56,365 nucleotides of DNA from Octopus bimaculoides (lineage: Eukaryota), in assembly GCF_001194135.2 (NCBI RefSeq), contig NC_068988.1, positions 72,453,422 through 72,509,786 of the forward strand, in the 5' to 3' direction. Of the stretch, positions 13,639 to 27,831 are shown piece after piece (the stretch's first letter is position 1; each line of letters opens with the position of its first letter). Under the pieces are notes generated by a model. The model ran no database searches. It saw nothing but the letters and a program-made list of their open reading frames with translations, and was not told the DNA's origin. Position numbers and translations under genes: made by a program.

Positions 13639-16600
13639 ACCATCGCTTGACAACTGATGTCGGTGTGTTTACGTCTCCGTAACTTAGCGGTTCGGCAAAA
13701 GAGACCAATAGAATAAGTTCTAGGCTTCCAAAGAATAAGTCCTGGGGTCGATTTGCTCGACTAAAGGCGTTGCTCCAGCATGGCCGCAGTCAAATGACTG
13801 AAACAAGTAAAAGAGTAAAAGAGAGTATAAGAAAGGCTTACATAAATTTCGTAATGTATTTGAAAACAATGTATTAATACTTAAAATATGTTGTAACAAA
13901 ATAGTTTTATAATAGTAAATATTATAATACTTGACCTCTTTAATCATGAAATATCCTTTTGGTCGGATTATACTACTGCTTAGACATCGATTCTCAACCA
14001 GACGACGTCTAACATCGCAACGAGCATGATTAACATCATCAAATTCCTGCCAATGTCAATGTATTACATTATGTTAGAAATCAATACTGATTCGTAACGT
14101 AACAAATCTATAGTAATACCAAGTTAAAACAAATTATGGATTCGTTTACAAAAATTAATCTAGGTTTTATATAAATTTCCTCTGTTGAATATTCAGTTGA
14201 ATATTCTGTCTTGCATTATTTCATACAATTATTGGCTGTATTGAGCACCAATATCACATTGACTTAACACAGTAGGGATTTGGAAAACCAAACTAACTTT
14301 TAAATATCCATATGTTGAAAGAATTGTTGTGATTACAGAGAGATTAATACTCTTGTGGTTTTCCGATATAGAAATAAAAAGAAAATCTTCCAATATTGGT
14401 TGTTCATAACTAAATAAATCCTGTTGTATTTTCTACAAAGATTAGTTTTTAACATTAGCACATCATACATGAAGACTATAGCTGATTGAAGCGAATTCAA
14501 TGCATGGCTGTTGCATATTTAATGGATCCCCCCCGCCCAAAGAATGGAAGACAAAGTTCACTCTAATGTATTTTGGAATCAAAATGATGAGAGGCAAAAT
14601 TAAATAGTTCCACATGCTACCATTTCTGTCGCACCATTTTCTATAATCATTTAATTCCGATACTGTTTTATAAGGCCACAAATGTGTAGGATGTGAATAG
14701 CTGATTGATTCAGTATACATCAGTTTATGACCAATACTTATTTTCTCTGGAATAACAAAAGTTAAAGTTAGCCCGTGAGAAACCTAAATTTTGCTCAAAA
14801 GTGAGACAGGGTTAAATACTATTGTAAATTTGGTCCAGTGATGTACTGAGATGGCCAACTTTACAGTTCTATTTCTGAAGAAAATTTAACCCTTTTGATA
14901 CCAACCCGGCTGAAACCGCCTCTGGCTCTGTAGTACAAATGTCTTGTTTTCAAAAGTTCTGAATTAAAATCTTCCACCAAATCTTAGTTACAATTTATGT
15001 TCTTAACACTAGCTTAATGATAACTAGGGTTATTTTATTAAATTCTTTGTTATATTTAAAGTTAATTGAAAGAAACACAGCGCGTCTCAAAAGAAATATG
15101 GTAACAAAAGAGTTAAATAAAGTTATTTTATAGAATCCAAAAGTATACATGAGATGAGACTAGTACCATAACCTAAGCATTAATGAAGTGTAGCAATGAA
15201 CAAGTTTATTACATTATCTGCAATCTCAGACTGTAATATTAGTAATAATATACCTGCTGGGAGCACCAATAACAAGAGGGTGATGCCGAAATACAGCTTC
15301 CACATTTCATATGAACCTTGCAAAAGTCTGTAAAAATTAAATGGCATAATGAATTACCTTCTATAGATTTCAGTCGGTTCATAATATCTAAATACTCTCA
15401 ATTTCTCTGTGAGATATAGCGATTTTCCAAACGGTAAACTCTTATAAATTATCATTCTTTCTAATTTTCTATAAATACAGTAAGGATACGCTATAAAATT
15501 TAGTTTTTACATTTCCAGTATTTATACCTACACTCTGTTTTGATTTCTGATCACCATGGTTCTTGGTTCCAGATTGAATTGTAAATAGAGTAATATCTTC
15601 GTGAACTATAGAAGAATTACTGTGAGAAGTGAAGAATCTGGCGTTTCGGGCTGTCATCCGAAATAAAGGAAGAGAGAGGAAGATAAAGAGATACTATTGC
15701 TTGGATTGTGAACAAGAAAGTAGTGAATGATGAAGAAACTGAAGTAACGATGATTGGACGATGGTAGAATGAAATAATGCCAACAGTCAAACAATAAAAA
15801 GGTGATACTTTAGATAAGGGAATCAGCGGAGGAAACTATTAAGTAAGGGGAGAAAACAAAGAATAAACTTATCTAGAAAAGATATTTGGGAAAAGAAGCG
15901 CCAAAGAAATCCTGCTTATAACAGAGCTTACGTAAGTTTATCGACTGAAATGTTAACATCTCTTTCTCACCAGTAGCATAGCCTCCCTAAGTATCTCATA
16001 CCTAATACTGACTCTCACATCAACCACTTCTCCGAAATAGTGAAATAGAAGTCGTGATAGAGAATGTGAGTTGGTTTCTGGCTGGTGAGTGTATCATCAG
16101 GTATGCCTGTCGTATCACCGCCTAAAATATTTTCCTCCATGTTATTTGACGTTAACATGTCAGCTAATCTTCATGATCAACAACAGTCACTCAACCTACT
16201 CATCAAAGATGGAAAATCTTTATATCACATCCTAACGACTTAACTAAAGAATATATTTGAAAATGTATTTTCTTATATGAAAATGACGTATATTGTTAGT
16301 ACGTCCACTGTCTGGAGTTAAATGTCATGAGTTAGCGAGTTATCAATGTTTTGGCCACAATTTATGTCAATCAAGACATAATCTCTCCACAACAGAGGAG
16401 CTGAAGCGAGATACTTCAACAAGATATGAACTGCTGGATCCTTGGACGATATGATAACTGAATCTTTGTTCAGTACGCAACGGAATGATGATTAAAACTG
16501 CTAGAAGTAGGAAAGAGGAAACGGAAAGATATCAAAGAAAAGCTAATGCCCGAGATTCCAGAGATGAAGAATATGAATGTTGCTATATTTTTAGAAATAC

Positions 16601-17376
16601 GCATCAAAGTCATAAGTGCATAATTAAGTGTATCTTCTTACATATTCAATTATCAAATATAATGCTGTTTTGTGTTTTATAACTTAATGTTTGTAGAATG
16701 ACAAACGTAAGTTTACTAACCTGATGTTTCTGAATTCATATAATTACTAATGTTTTCATCAAAAGTTTCTTCAATTGTACTTGAAAAATCTGAAAAAGAA
16801 ATCGCAGATTATATATGATCTGTAAATAACTATGTACACGAAAATTATACAAATATACTTAACAAGCATATCTTTAGTTTCGCTTTGAAAATATATAGAG
16901 TATATAGAAGTCACAGGAACTTCAGCAGGAAAACATGATGATCATCGCCTTTCATTAAAGATTCGTCGGGGATCGCTTACTTTGGTTTCTGTCTGATGAG
17001 GTTAAGAGGAGATCTTGTGAATAATATAAGCAAACTAATACTGGAGCAAAGAAATTCACATAATGGCTAATGCCCAGGATTTCATACCAAAAGTGCAAAT
17101 ACAAAGGAAGGGAAGCGATCGCTGATGAATTTTTTATGAAACGCGAACAAGTCAGAATGATCCATCTTACTGTCTGCTGAAGACCGAGCAGGTTATCTTT
17201 GAGTATATTTTCACGGCGAAAGTAAATATATGATTATTAAATTTATATAAGCAATTCTTCATAACCTGACTATGTTAGTACTTTTGTCATTACATAATCT
17301 GTAGAAGTTAACAGAAACAGAGAGGCGAGAACAGAGGAAATATTTTGGAGTATTCGTGATGATTATCCTCATCAAC

Positions 17377-17442
<66 letters not shown>

Positions 17443-17522
17443 ATCACTGCCGGGTAAACGGCGTAGTGGTTAAGAGCGCGGGCTACTAACCCCAAGATTC
17501 CAGGGTCGATTCCAGGTAGTGA

Positions 17523-17576
<54 letters not shown>

Positions 17577-18841
17577 CAACAACATCGAAAATACCTTAGG
17601 AATGAGAACCCATGTTCGAAATTTCCCCAATACACCTGATGAAGGCTGGAGGGCATATCAGCCGAAACGTTGTGTTAACAACAAACAAGATGAGGACAAT
17701 TATCTGTCAAATGTAAATAATGTAAATAATGTACATAATTCCTCATCTCTTAAATATAGAACTGTATTATCTAATACTTTCCTGATTATTCTGGCCGTGC
17801 CTAGGAGGAAAACCTTTTGTAACAGTTCTACTGGGCAATCTATATTATTATTATTATTATTCAGTATTGATGGGTAAGGGCTTTGTCAACATTGGCATTA
17901 TTAAGTTCTCTTTGGGTATTTGCTATTGAGAGGTTTTTCTTGCCATTTATCAGTAAGAGTATCTAAGGCAGCAGTTCTAGAACAGGTTTTCATACGCTTA
18001 GCTTTTTCTCTGCTTGTTTCTAATGTCTAATTCTGGAATTTGTTGTATTTGGAATTCACTTATATATTCCTTTGCCTGTTTTGTTATTGAGTATGATGCT
18101 TTCTTGTTTTCATGTTTTGAGACAAGTTTTAATATCTAGTCCTCAGAGTTTTTCAGGTAGGTGTCTAGGCCAATTGCGGCAATCTTCATTGTTAATTCCA
18201 GTTGTAAAAGTCCACGACCTCCCTCTTTTCTTGGCAAATAAAGTCGTTCTATATCTGCCTTTGTGTGATGCATTCTGTGCATTGTCAACAATTTTCGTAT
18301 TTTTCAGTCAAGATTACGTATTTCAGTAATTGACCAGTTAATGATATTGCCTTCCCCTTTTTGTTCATTACCTTTTCCGGTGTATGTTGGTACCTAGCAC
18401 CCGTAACCTCATATCCATACTTATGGCATAGTAGCCTCATATCCATACTTATGGCAATGTAGCCCCAAAAAGTGGAGGTTTGGGGCTATAATTGTTGTGT
18501 CTACGTTTGTACTGTTTCTGCGCAAGACATTCACAAGCACTAACAATGTGAGTCATGCTTTCGACCCTCTTTCCACACATTCTACAGAGGTCCGTTGCGC
18601 TTGTGTGGTATATATTCTTTTATTATTAACGCAGCGAGCAGGCAGAATAGTTAGCACACCGGGCAAAATGCTTAGCGGCATTTCTTCCGTCTTTACGTTC
18701 TAGATTCAAAATTCCGCCGCGATCGACTTTGCCTTTCATCCTTTTGAGGTCGATAAATTAAGTACCAGTTGAGCACTGGGGTCGATATAATCGACTTAAT
18801 CCCGCCTAAAAGTTTCAGGCCTTGTGCCTATAGTAGAAAGG

Positions 18842-18913
<72 letters not shown>

Positions 18914-19207
18914 TCTCTTTATCACAGATTTTGTTGGAGCTCCTGGAGTCTAACATGCGTAGCGAGCTTGTACCTGCAGCCTACGGTACCATGCTATCCA
19001 TTCTTTTCAACTATCTAATACTTTCCTGATTATTCTGGCCATGCCAAGGAGGCAAACCTTTTGTAACAGTTCTACTGGGCACTCTATTCCAACTTCCTTT
19101 ATATTCCCCTTGATGCCTTCTGATACTGTTCCCAAGAAACCAACAATAATTGATACTATCTTTACCTTCTTTATTTTCCATAATCGGGCTATTTCCTACT
19201 TAAGAGG

Positions 19208-19266
<59 letters not shown>

Positions 19267-21373
19267 GCTGAACTGTGAACCACAGTTTTATTATCAATGC
19301 GTACATTTGTCACATTTGTTCTCAGTCTTTCTCAATGCTATATCGTCTAATGAAGTCGATCATCGTTATTTAGTGATGGTGTTCGGTTAAAGAGTTTTGT
19401 TCACGTTTTCTGAAGCTATATGGCTTCAGTGTATTGACGTATCTGCTCCGTATTGAACGAACTAAATGGCCATCGTTGCTTTGGAGATTCACTTGAATAC
19501 AGGAATATGGGAAAGCAGTATCAGTTGACAAAGACGGTGTCAGCAAAATAGAGCCGGAAACTACAGAAATCGAAGTAGTTAGTACTTAATGAATCAAGAG
19601 CAGACTGAACACCTAGCATCTGGAAATTCTACCCAGGCCTCATACTTCTCAGTCACTTTGGTAATATAGCTAGTTGTACGTCAACTACATTTTCATCTAG
19701 CCATCTTCTTTACTGATATTCATAGTGACTGAACCATAGACTTAGAGGTAACAACAACAAAGACGTTCTCGGGGCAAATCCGTACGTCTATAAATGTTAA
19801 CTGAACAGTCTATTCCGAAGGCTGTAGATAACTTCCCACATTCTTGGTCTTGCAAAAATAGTAATACTGCTTCGGAATAACCTTTACAAGTATGGTGGTT
19901 TTATCAGCTAGGCCGGCGGGAGATGAAAGCAGAACAACGAAACTTTTCTGCACACAATCATTTAGTGTTCAAACATCACTGAATTGTGGAGTTATATTGA
20001 GTTATATTATAATTGTGCGGAAGACGAATATGGTTCTCGGCCGTTTCTGAAGAGAATCAATAAAGTGAAGTACCAATAAAGTACTGTGGTTGATATTATC
20101 GACTTTGCTCCTCACCCATATTTTTGGCTTTGTGCCTCTGTATGAAGCTGATTTGTTTACAAAAATAGGTTTTATGGCCTGTTAAAGACGTCTGATTCAC
20201 TCTCCAAAGACCCGTTCGCAAAATATTGGTTGGTAAAAATGTTTTGTATGAATCTGAAGAAAAAGATATTTTAAGACTATTCTGCCTGCAAAAGAAAATT
20301 TCTCATTAAATCTCACCAGCTGAAAACAATTCAGTGCACCAGGTTTTACAATTGTTAAAAATTGTCCTTAAACGAATACTTGAAAAAGACAAATATTAGC
20401 AAGTTTTTGAATCGATTAAATCAGTCATATTGTTTAAGAAACGAAGAAAAATCATGAAAAATTTCCCTTCCTTAGGGAATCATATACTCCTGCAGATAAT
20501 AGCTTTTGTTTTAAAACTGAACTGTGTATCGTCACTTTTTCTACACCTTTTCCCTCCTAAAACGGGACTTCTGTAAATGTAATTCTGATCCCTTTTTTGT
20601 CTCAAGGTCAAGCATTTTTCTGAACTTTTAACTTCTGATTCAATACTTTCTAAACAATTCCACTAATAATTCCGGAAGCTAATAAAAGCAAATGTCTTTT
20701 GGATTAATCTGTATAATTTTTATGTAAATTATCTAATTATGCTGTTGCATTCTTGATACATTTATATTTGTCACTTATGAAGCACAGACTGTCTGAAATA
20801 AGTTGTAATACAACACCAGCATGAAAAAAAAAGATAGTCTGATGTTTTTCACTGCTTTCTACTCATTCTTAAGCTGCTGCCACTTATTGCAAGTTTCAGG
20901 TCCATGCCAATAGTTGATTTAATTGTTTCAATATTTGAGATTTCGATGTCTAAAGATAACGTTGACAGTCGAATATATATAATCTTACACTCGTTGTTAT
21001 CTACTTAAATAATTCACACTGTCAAAGTACTTAGTCTTTCATTTCGAGTACTTCCACGATGATATATGTATATATGTAACCATTTCATACAGAACAACAA
21101 TAGAAATTAATCCTTTCTACTTACATTCTGAGGTCGGGTGAATTTTGTTATCCATGAATGCCCCGAACCATTGTGTTCCTGCTGTTAAAGTAAATTAAAA
21201 CAAATATGTATCAAAGAGAACATCACACACAGGCATATATATAAACACATACACACACGTTCCTAGTTACTCTTAATTAAAATAATTCATGTTGTTTTGT
21301 TTTCATTTTTCTGTGCAAACTTCAGAATTTTTTTCCTGAATCAGTATCTCTAAAATAATTTTAATTACCAACT

Positions 21374-21437
<64 letters not shown>

Positions 21438-23329
21438 GTGCGCGCGCGCGCCTGCCTGCCTGCCTGCGTGCGCGCGTATGTCATTTATATACTCTCCAAG
21501 ACTGGTAAATCAGAGTTTCACCAAATAGTTACAGAATTTTCCTACGAGAATTCTACGATTTCCGAAGTGTTTACTTCCTGCTATGTGTAATGTAAGTTAC
21601 GAGATTTCATTTGCTTATGAGGTTGTGCCAGATTCTGGAGCTAATTTCTATTATTAGGGGTCAACATTATATTGAACAGCACTTAATGCTGTCCAATATA
21701 ATGTTCTTTGTCGTTGTCTTTCCTTGCACTGTTTATGAACGGATTGCTGCGTTACAGTATTTTTCATTATATTTCCATGTTGTGACATTTTCTTTCAGCT
21801 GCTAGTTGGCTATGATTTTCTTATTGATTTGCCTAAAAGAAGTAATGTGGTTAATGTATAATTCCTTGAACTTGCTCTCTGCCATTCTTATGCAATGTTC
21901 ATAACGATTTGTTAGTTAGACAATGGAAAATTCGACAAAGATGCCATTGTTCGGCTGTGGTGAGGGTAAGAGTTGGCCGTAATCCGATCTTTTATCAGTG
22001 TCCACATGTGTCTGTACGTATGTATATGTATAAAAGGTTGGATTACAACCACCTCATGCGCTAACTACATATAGCCCATCAATGATGCCCCTTTGCCCTG
22101 CATTTATCTAACTACTCACATGTACATACATACATGCTTTTTGGGGTAAACGAAACTACAAATACCACCATATAAAAGTAGATTTATAGCAGAGGCTACT
22201 TGGAGTACGAATAAAGGAATAGTTATTTTCGTTAATGGTGCATTGAATTTTGCTCGATATTGTAATTCCATTTACTGGAATCCTAGTGTTAGTTTGATGT
22301 TCAGTAAAAGGTCTAGCTCGAAATTTATTATACAAGTATGTAACAGTTTGGTTATGCGAATGGTTATACAGGGTTTTAAAATGAGTTGAGAAATTTAAGG
22401 GTAATCTAGACATACATAATTATATTTTGAGTAAATCTGGAAAGATTTCTCCTTTTCAGCTCGAAGATGAATTGAAAGTTTAAAATGATAAAAGATCGTT
22501 GGTGGTTCCCTTAATTATAATCCGGTTAAAAGTATTAAGCTTTTATATTCCCAGTCAGCGTTAGATTATATGTTCCTAAGGTTATTTGATACTGACCGAA
22601 GGAGTAATCTCGCCTATGTGTTCGAAACCGGGTTGATATCCGTTAGACAGCTGAAGAAGGAATTCCTGGTTTTCTTCAGTTTATTCCTTATCTAAATATG
22701 TTTCTAAGTATATATGATAGAGTGAATACTATATATTGGTAGGTATGGCTGCTTACATGCTTATAAACTTTAATAATGGAGTTTGTTATTTGTTTGTGAT
22801 GTTTATCTGTACACTGATTTTAGTGTGACAGAGGCTCTTAGACATTTGATTCTGGAAATTTTAGAAGTTCTTGATTGATTCCATGTCCATTTTGGATTGT
22901 ACTGCTGTCAGCTTATTTCAATTGATGAAGACAGATTTTAAGTTAGAGGCATGACTTAACCTGGATATTTAACGATATAGAGCAGTGAATGTGTGTGTGG
23001 AGGGGCGTGTTTGCGTTTATGCGTGTATATGTGTATGTATTATGTATGTATAAAGTTTTTTTGTTTGCTTTTATTATTCAATGACTAAATATTTTTCAGT
23101 TCTTCGAATCTTCTCGGGTTGTCACAGTGAATACTCGAAAACAATTGGAATTAGAAAATAAAATTTTGGCACATATTTGCTACACTATGCATCTAAAATA
23201 GTCTGTCATGTGTCCATTTTAGGTATTATCATATCAAAAGAACTTACATGGAAACGTGGTTTCATTCGCATACACCGTGTCAGATATACCTGTACCTGTG
23301 AAAACAAACATCACAAATCAACGTTTCTT

Positions 23330-23413
<84 letters not shown>

Positions 23414-26400
23414 GGGAGAATTAATGAATTTTGGAAGATAAATGAAATAGGTTTTGTTAAGTAAAAATACTCGTTAAATTCATGTTGCCATGTAGAGAAA
23501 AGCAATAGGATTCTTTCTCTACATATTGATGTAATTTATATTAGCGAAATGCCATATAGACTATGAGAAGGGCGTAAGACAATTGAAATAACTGCAGTAT
23601 ACGCTCATCATTATTTTGTCGTCGTCGCTGAGGTATGTGAAGTCGAATTATAAATGAATATAGGAAAGGGTTTTGTCTCGTCCTCAATCATTACAAGCAA
23701 TTCATCTCCTTTAGCTGTGATAATTTCTTGTAGAGTCACAATATTCCTGGGAGAGTTTAGTCGGTAAAACCTAACTCAGTACTTGGTTGGTACTTAGACC
23801 AAGTCGCAATCAGATTTGTACTCAGTACTGTAACTAAGTTCTATACTCTGCCGTCTTTAACATCCATAAGTTTTAGCTATTATAGAATACTGGGCAGATC
23901 TTAATTTGACAGTTCATGAAATTTTCTCCTTTTTAATGTATCAGATAAGAAAGACGAAACGTCTATCACTTTAAACATAAATGACAATAATTATAGTATT
24001 ATTTTCACTTACTTCCACTGAACTCAGCTTTGGTATTTTTCAGAGACATCGTTGTTAATTCGATTGTTGCTAAATTAATTTTAAAATATATATAGAAGCA
24101 TTAATGTTCATAGTTGCATGTGTATACAAATGCATTGCATATTGATGCATATATAAAGACAATATTACCGGTTTCGATGTTTCTAATCTTATCAAATATC
24201 AGTAAAAATTTATAAAAATTTGAAGTAAAAACATTTTATCTACTGTCTGGTGGGTGGTCAAGCATGAAGAAAGACGTAAAGTATTAGGGATGGAAAGAGA
24301 GAGAGAGAAAAAGTAGGAGGAAGGCAAAAGTGAGGCAAAAAAAGAGAAAGAAACATATATAGATGTCGTACAAAATATATTCGAAGAATATTTTATATAT
24401 ATGTATCTATATATATAACAGAGAGGATGTGTGTGTGTGTGTGTGTGTACGTGAATGTAGTTTATGCACGTCCACAAATTAGCACGCATGTCGCTCCAAT
24501 TTTAGGAGGTGATGTGTCATGACATTATGTGCATTTTCGCCAAATATTTCTCTCAGAGGCACCCGCGTATAGCTGTAAAAATCGATAAACTATTACCAAT
24601 TTTGAAGTTTGATGATATGGCGAAGTCAAATCTGTGCGTACGCGCGTGAAGGAGAGAGACAGACAGACAGAGAGACAGACAGACAGAGAGATAGATAAAG
24701 AAAGAAAGAAATAGTGTGTTTGTGACAGGGGGGAATACAGAGTGTTTGCTAGCGTCCAAAAACAAAATTTAAAAAGTGGGTAAGGCAGACAGAAATCAAA
24801 GCAAATTTTTCTAAGCAAGACAGAGTTTACTTTGCTAGCGTCTAACAAAAAAAAAAGAACGAATAAGTGGAAGAGGGAGGCAGAGAGCGTATTAGGAATG
24901 AAAATGTAGTTAAGGAAGACAGTAAGTGTAAAATGTAAAAGGCATTTTTTTTCTTAAACATGAGATGTAGTTTAAAATATACGATGTTTTTGAAAGACAC
25001 TATATTCTATAATGAGATTATATATACTTTCTCACACAACAATTCAAATATATTTATTTTAAATCATTTATTTGTTTTAAATCGTTCATCTTTCTCCCCC
25101 CCTCTCACTCTCACACACACGCACATATACAACTTTGGGGGCGAAAGAGTTTTGTTTATATTTCACAACTATGAAGCAAAAACGTATGTAATAATTTGTC
25201 AGTCACCCCCACCCAACCCGTTTTTCGGACCACAAAAAGGGTCTTGTAATTTTTCAGATTAACAACCGCACGATTTCCACTAGGGTGTTACGGTTAGGGT
25301 TTTAGGGTTAGGGTTAGAGTTTTACGGTTAGGATTAGGGTTAGGGTTAAGGTTAGTGTTAGGATTACGATTAGGGTTGGTGTTAGGGTTACGGTTTTAGG
25401 GTCAGGGTTAGGGTTACGGTTTAGGGTTAGGGTTAGAGTTAACCTAGAAGGGACAGGCCCCTTATTTTTTGGTTAAGGCTGTTGGTAAGTTTTCCTAAGT
25501 TACTCCAATCCACATCCCCAATGCAAACCTTCAGATCAACCTTTTCCTATGCAGATCTCTAATGCAACTTTAAAAAAACAGTCAATGAGTGGAAATAACC
25601 AATAAACTGATTCCTTATGGGATTTCCCAATCAAATTGCCAGCAAACCATTTTCAGCCAAACCAATTTCAACGGATTTCGCTCAAATCTGATGTCCATGT
25701 TACTTATTTTGGTTTGAAATAAAGCACTTGATCACTTAATAATCCTAGCTTAATCCCGAGCAGCGCCGGGCTATACTGCTAGTTTAAAAAAAAAACAAGA
25801 TACATGGATCATTCGCAGCCGATTTCCTCACCGGTCGGAATCCGGAAAGTCCTTGTAGTTTCGCACCCATTATCTCTGAGACTACTGGAATATATAATGC
25901 TATATATATTCAATGTAAACTTGCACAGTTAATAAAACATAAACTTGGAAGTAAAACAAGTCATCTGCTAAAAAAATAACAAATATATACAATAACTGAA
26001 TTCATTGTGTATGTGTGACTTGTGTGCATACGTGCGTGTGTGTATGTGTGTGAGTGTTTGAGAGTATTGTATATGAGTGTGTTTAAACTTCGAAATCCCT
26101 GTAGTTTATTATAGTAGTACAAGAACTACATTCGTACACTATAATTTGTGAAGTTTGCTGCATCCTTCGTCGATTTCGACGATAGGCCTTATGTTGTTGA
26201 ATCAACTGAATTTCTACACCCAAAATAGATATGTAATAAGCTGAGTGTACTCATAATGCAATTTTTATGTAGAAACTGCGTGACACCAAAACGAGACGAG
26301 ATATTTGGACAAAAAGACAGAGAATGGACAAAAGGGAAAGAGAAAAGAATTGAGTCCAATACGGGACTGGTAATTCATTTATCGACCCCGCAAGGACGAA

Positions 26401-26475
26401 AGTGGAAATTAATACCGTGAATTTGAACTGTAAGCCATTCTCTTCCACACACAAGCAACTCTGCCACCTAGCTAT

Positions 26476-26515
<40 letters not shown>

Positions 26516-27013
26516 GTTTACACTAATACTTCCGTATACGTTACTTGCTGTTCTGCTTACCATAACGATCAATATTATGTGAGATTAGACTGTCATTGAA
26601 TTTAACAAATTACTTTCAACTTTTCTTCATCAGAATAAAGAGAAAGAAATTAAAATTGAATGAAGAAGTAATTAAAATCATCTAAAGCCAAGAAAAAGAT
26701 GATTGTTTAGTCAAAGGTTAATGTGGTTTCTATTGAAGATAGAGAAAACGTAACTTACGTTGATATGTCGAATTTTCTTTGACTGAAACAGATACAACTA
26801 CTGGCTCAGAAGTTACTTTATCTGTAAAATAATTACATGGAAATTATGAAAATGACAATAAAGATAACTAGAAAGACAACGTGACTACAATTTCTGAAAA
26901 CCTGATAATCCAAGGCAATAGGTGAATAAAATTGTTTCTTTGCAAGTTGTCTCGAAAGTTGTCTCTGAACACTATGTTCATGAGTGTGTATATGTATCAA
27001 TGAGTGTGTGTGT

Positions 27014-27079
<66 letters not shown>

Positions 27080-27772
27080 NNNNNNNNNNNNNNNNNNNNN
27101 NNNNNNNNNNNNNNNNNNNNNNNNNNNNNNNNNNNNNNNNNNNNNNNNNNNNNNNNNNNNNNNNNNNNNNNNNNNNNNNNNNNNNNNNNNNNNNNNNNNN
27201 NNNNNNNNNNNNNNNNNNNNNNNNNNNNNNNNNNNNNNNNNNNNNNNNNNNNNNNNNNNNNNNNNNNNNNNNNNNNNNNNNNNNNNNNNNNNNNNNNNNN
27301 NNNNNNNNNNNNNNNNNNNNNNNNNNNNNNNNNNNNNNNNNNNNNNNNNNNNNNNNNNNNNNNNNNNNNNNNNNNNNNNNNNNNNNNNNNNNNNNNNNNN
27401 NNNNNNNNNNNNNNNNNNNNNNNNNNNNNNNNNNNNNNNNNNNNNNNNNNNNNNNNNNNNNNNNNNNNNNNNNNNNNNNNNNNNNNNNNNNNNNNNNNNN
27501 NNNNNNNNNNNNNNNNNNNNNNNNNNNNNNNNNNNNNNNNNNNNNNNNNNNNNNNNNNNNNNNNNNNNNNNNNNNNNNNNNNNNNNNNNNNNNNNNNNNN
27601 NNNNNNNNNNNNNNNNNNNNNNNNNNNNNNNNNNNNNNNNNNNNNNNNNNNNNNNNNNNNNNNNNNNNNNNNNNNNNNNNNNNNNNNNNNNNNNNNNNNN
27701 NNNNNNNNNNNNNNNNNNNNNNNNNNNNNNNNNNNNNNNNNNNNNNNNNNNNNNNNNNNNNNNNNNNNNNNN

Positions 27773-27831
<59 letters not shown>

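Noticed and set aside
17110-17150. CTGATGA...GAAACGCG hammerhead-like string
   Set aside because: Stem II is only 2 bp, and there is no NUH triplet or stem I.
17171-17261. Minus-strand ATG frame MKNCLYKF...VFSR ending at a GTAAG donor, a possible alternative first exon
   Set aside because: It ends in phase 2, hits a stop in the 16789 exon unless a weaker AAG acceptor is used, and makes a poor signal peptide; the 49990 exon fits better.
19400-20950. S/T-rich open frames with acceptors near 19588, 20650 and 20950 on the minus strand
   Set aside because: No convincing phase-1 donor; these remain possible extra exons but are unsupported.
20821-21965. Plus-strand signal-peptide-like short ORF (20821) and exon-like segment ending GAGG|GTAAG (21965)
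   Set aside because: No downstream plus-strand exons in frame; probably chance.
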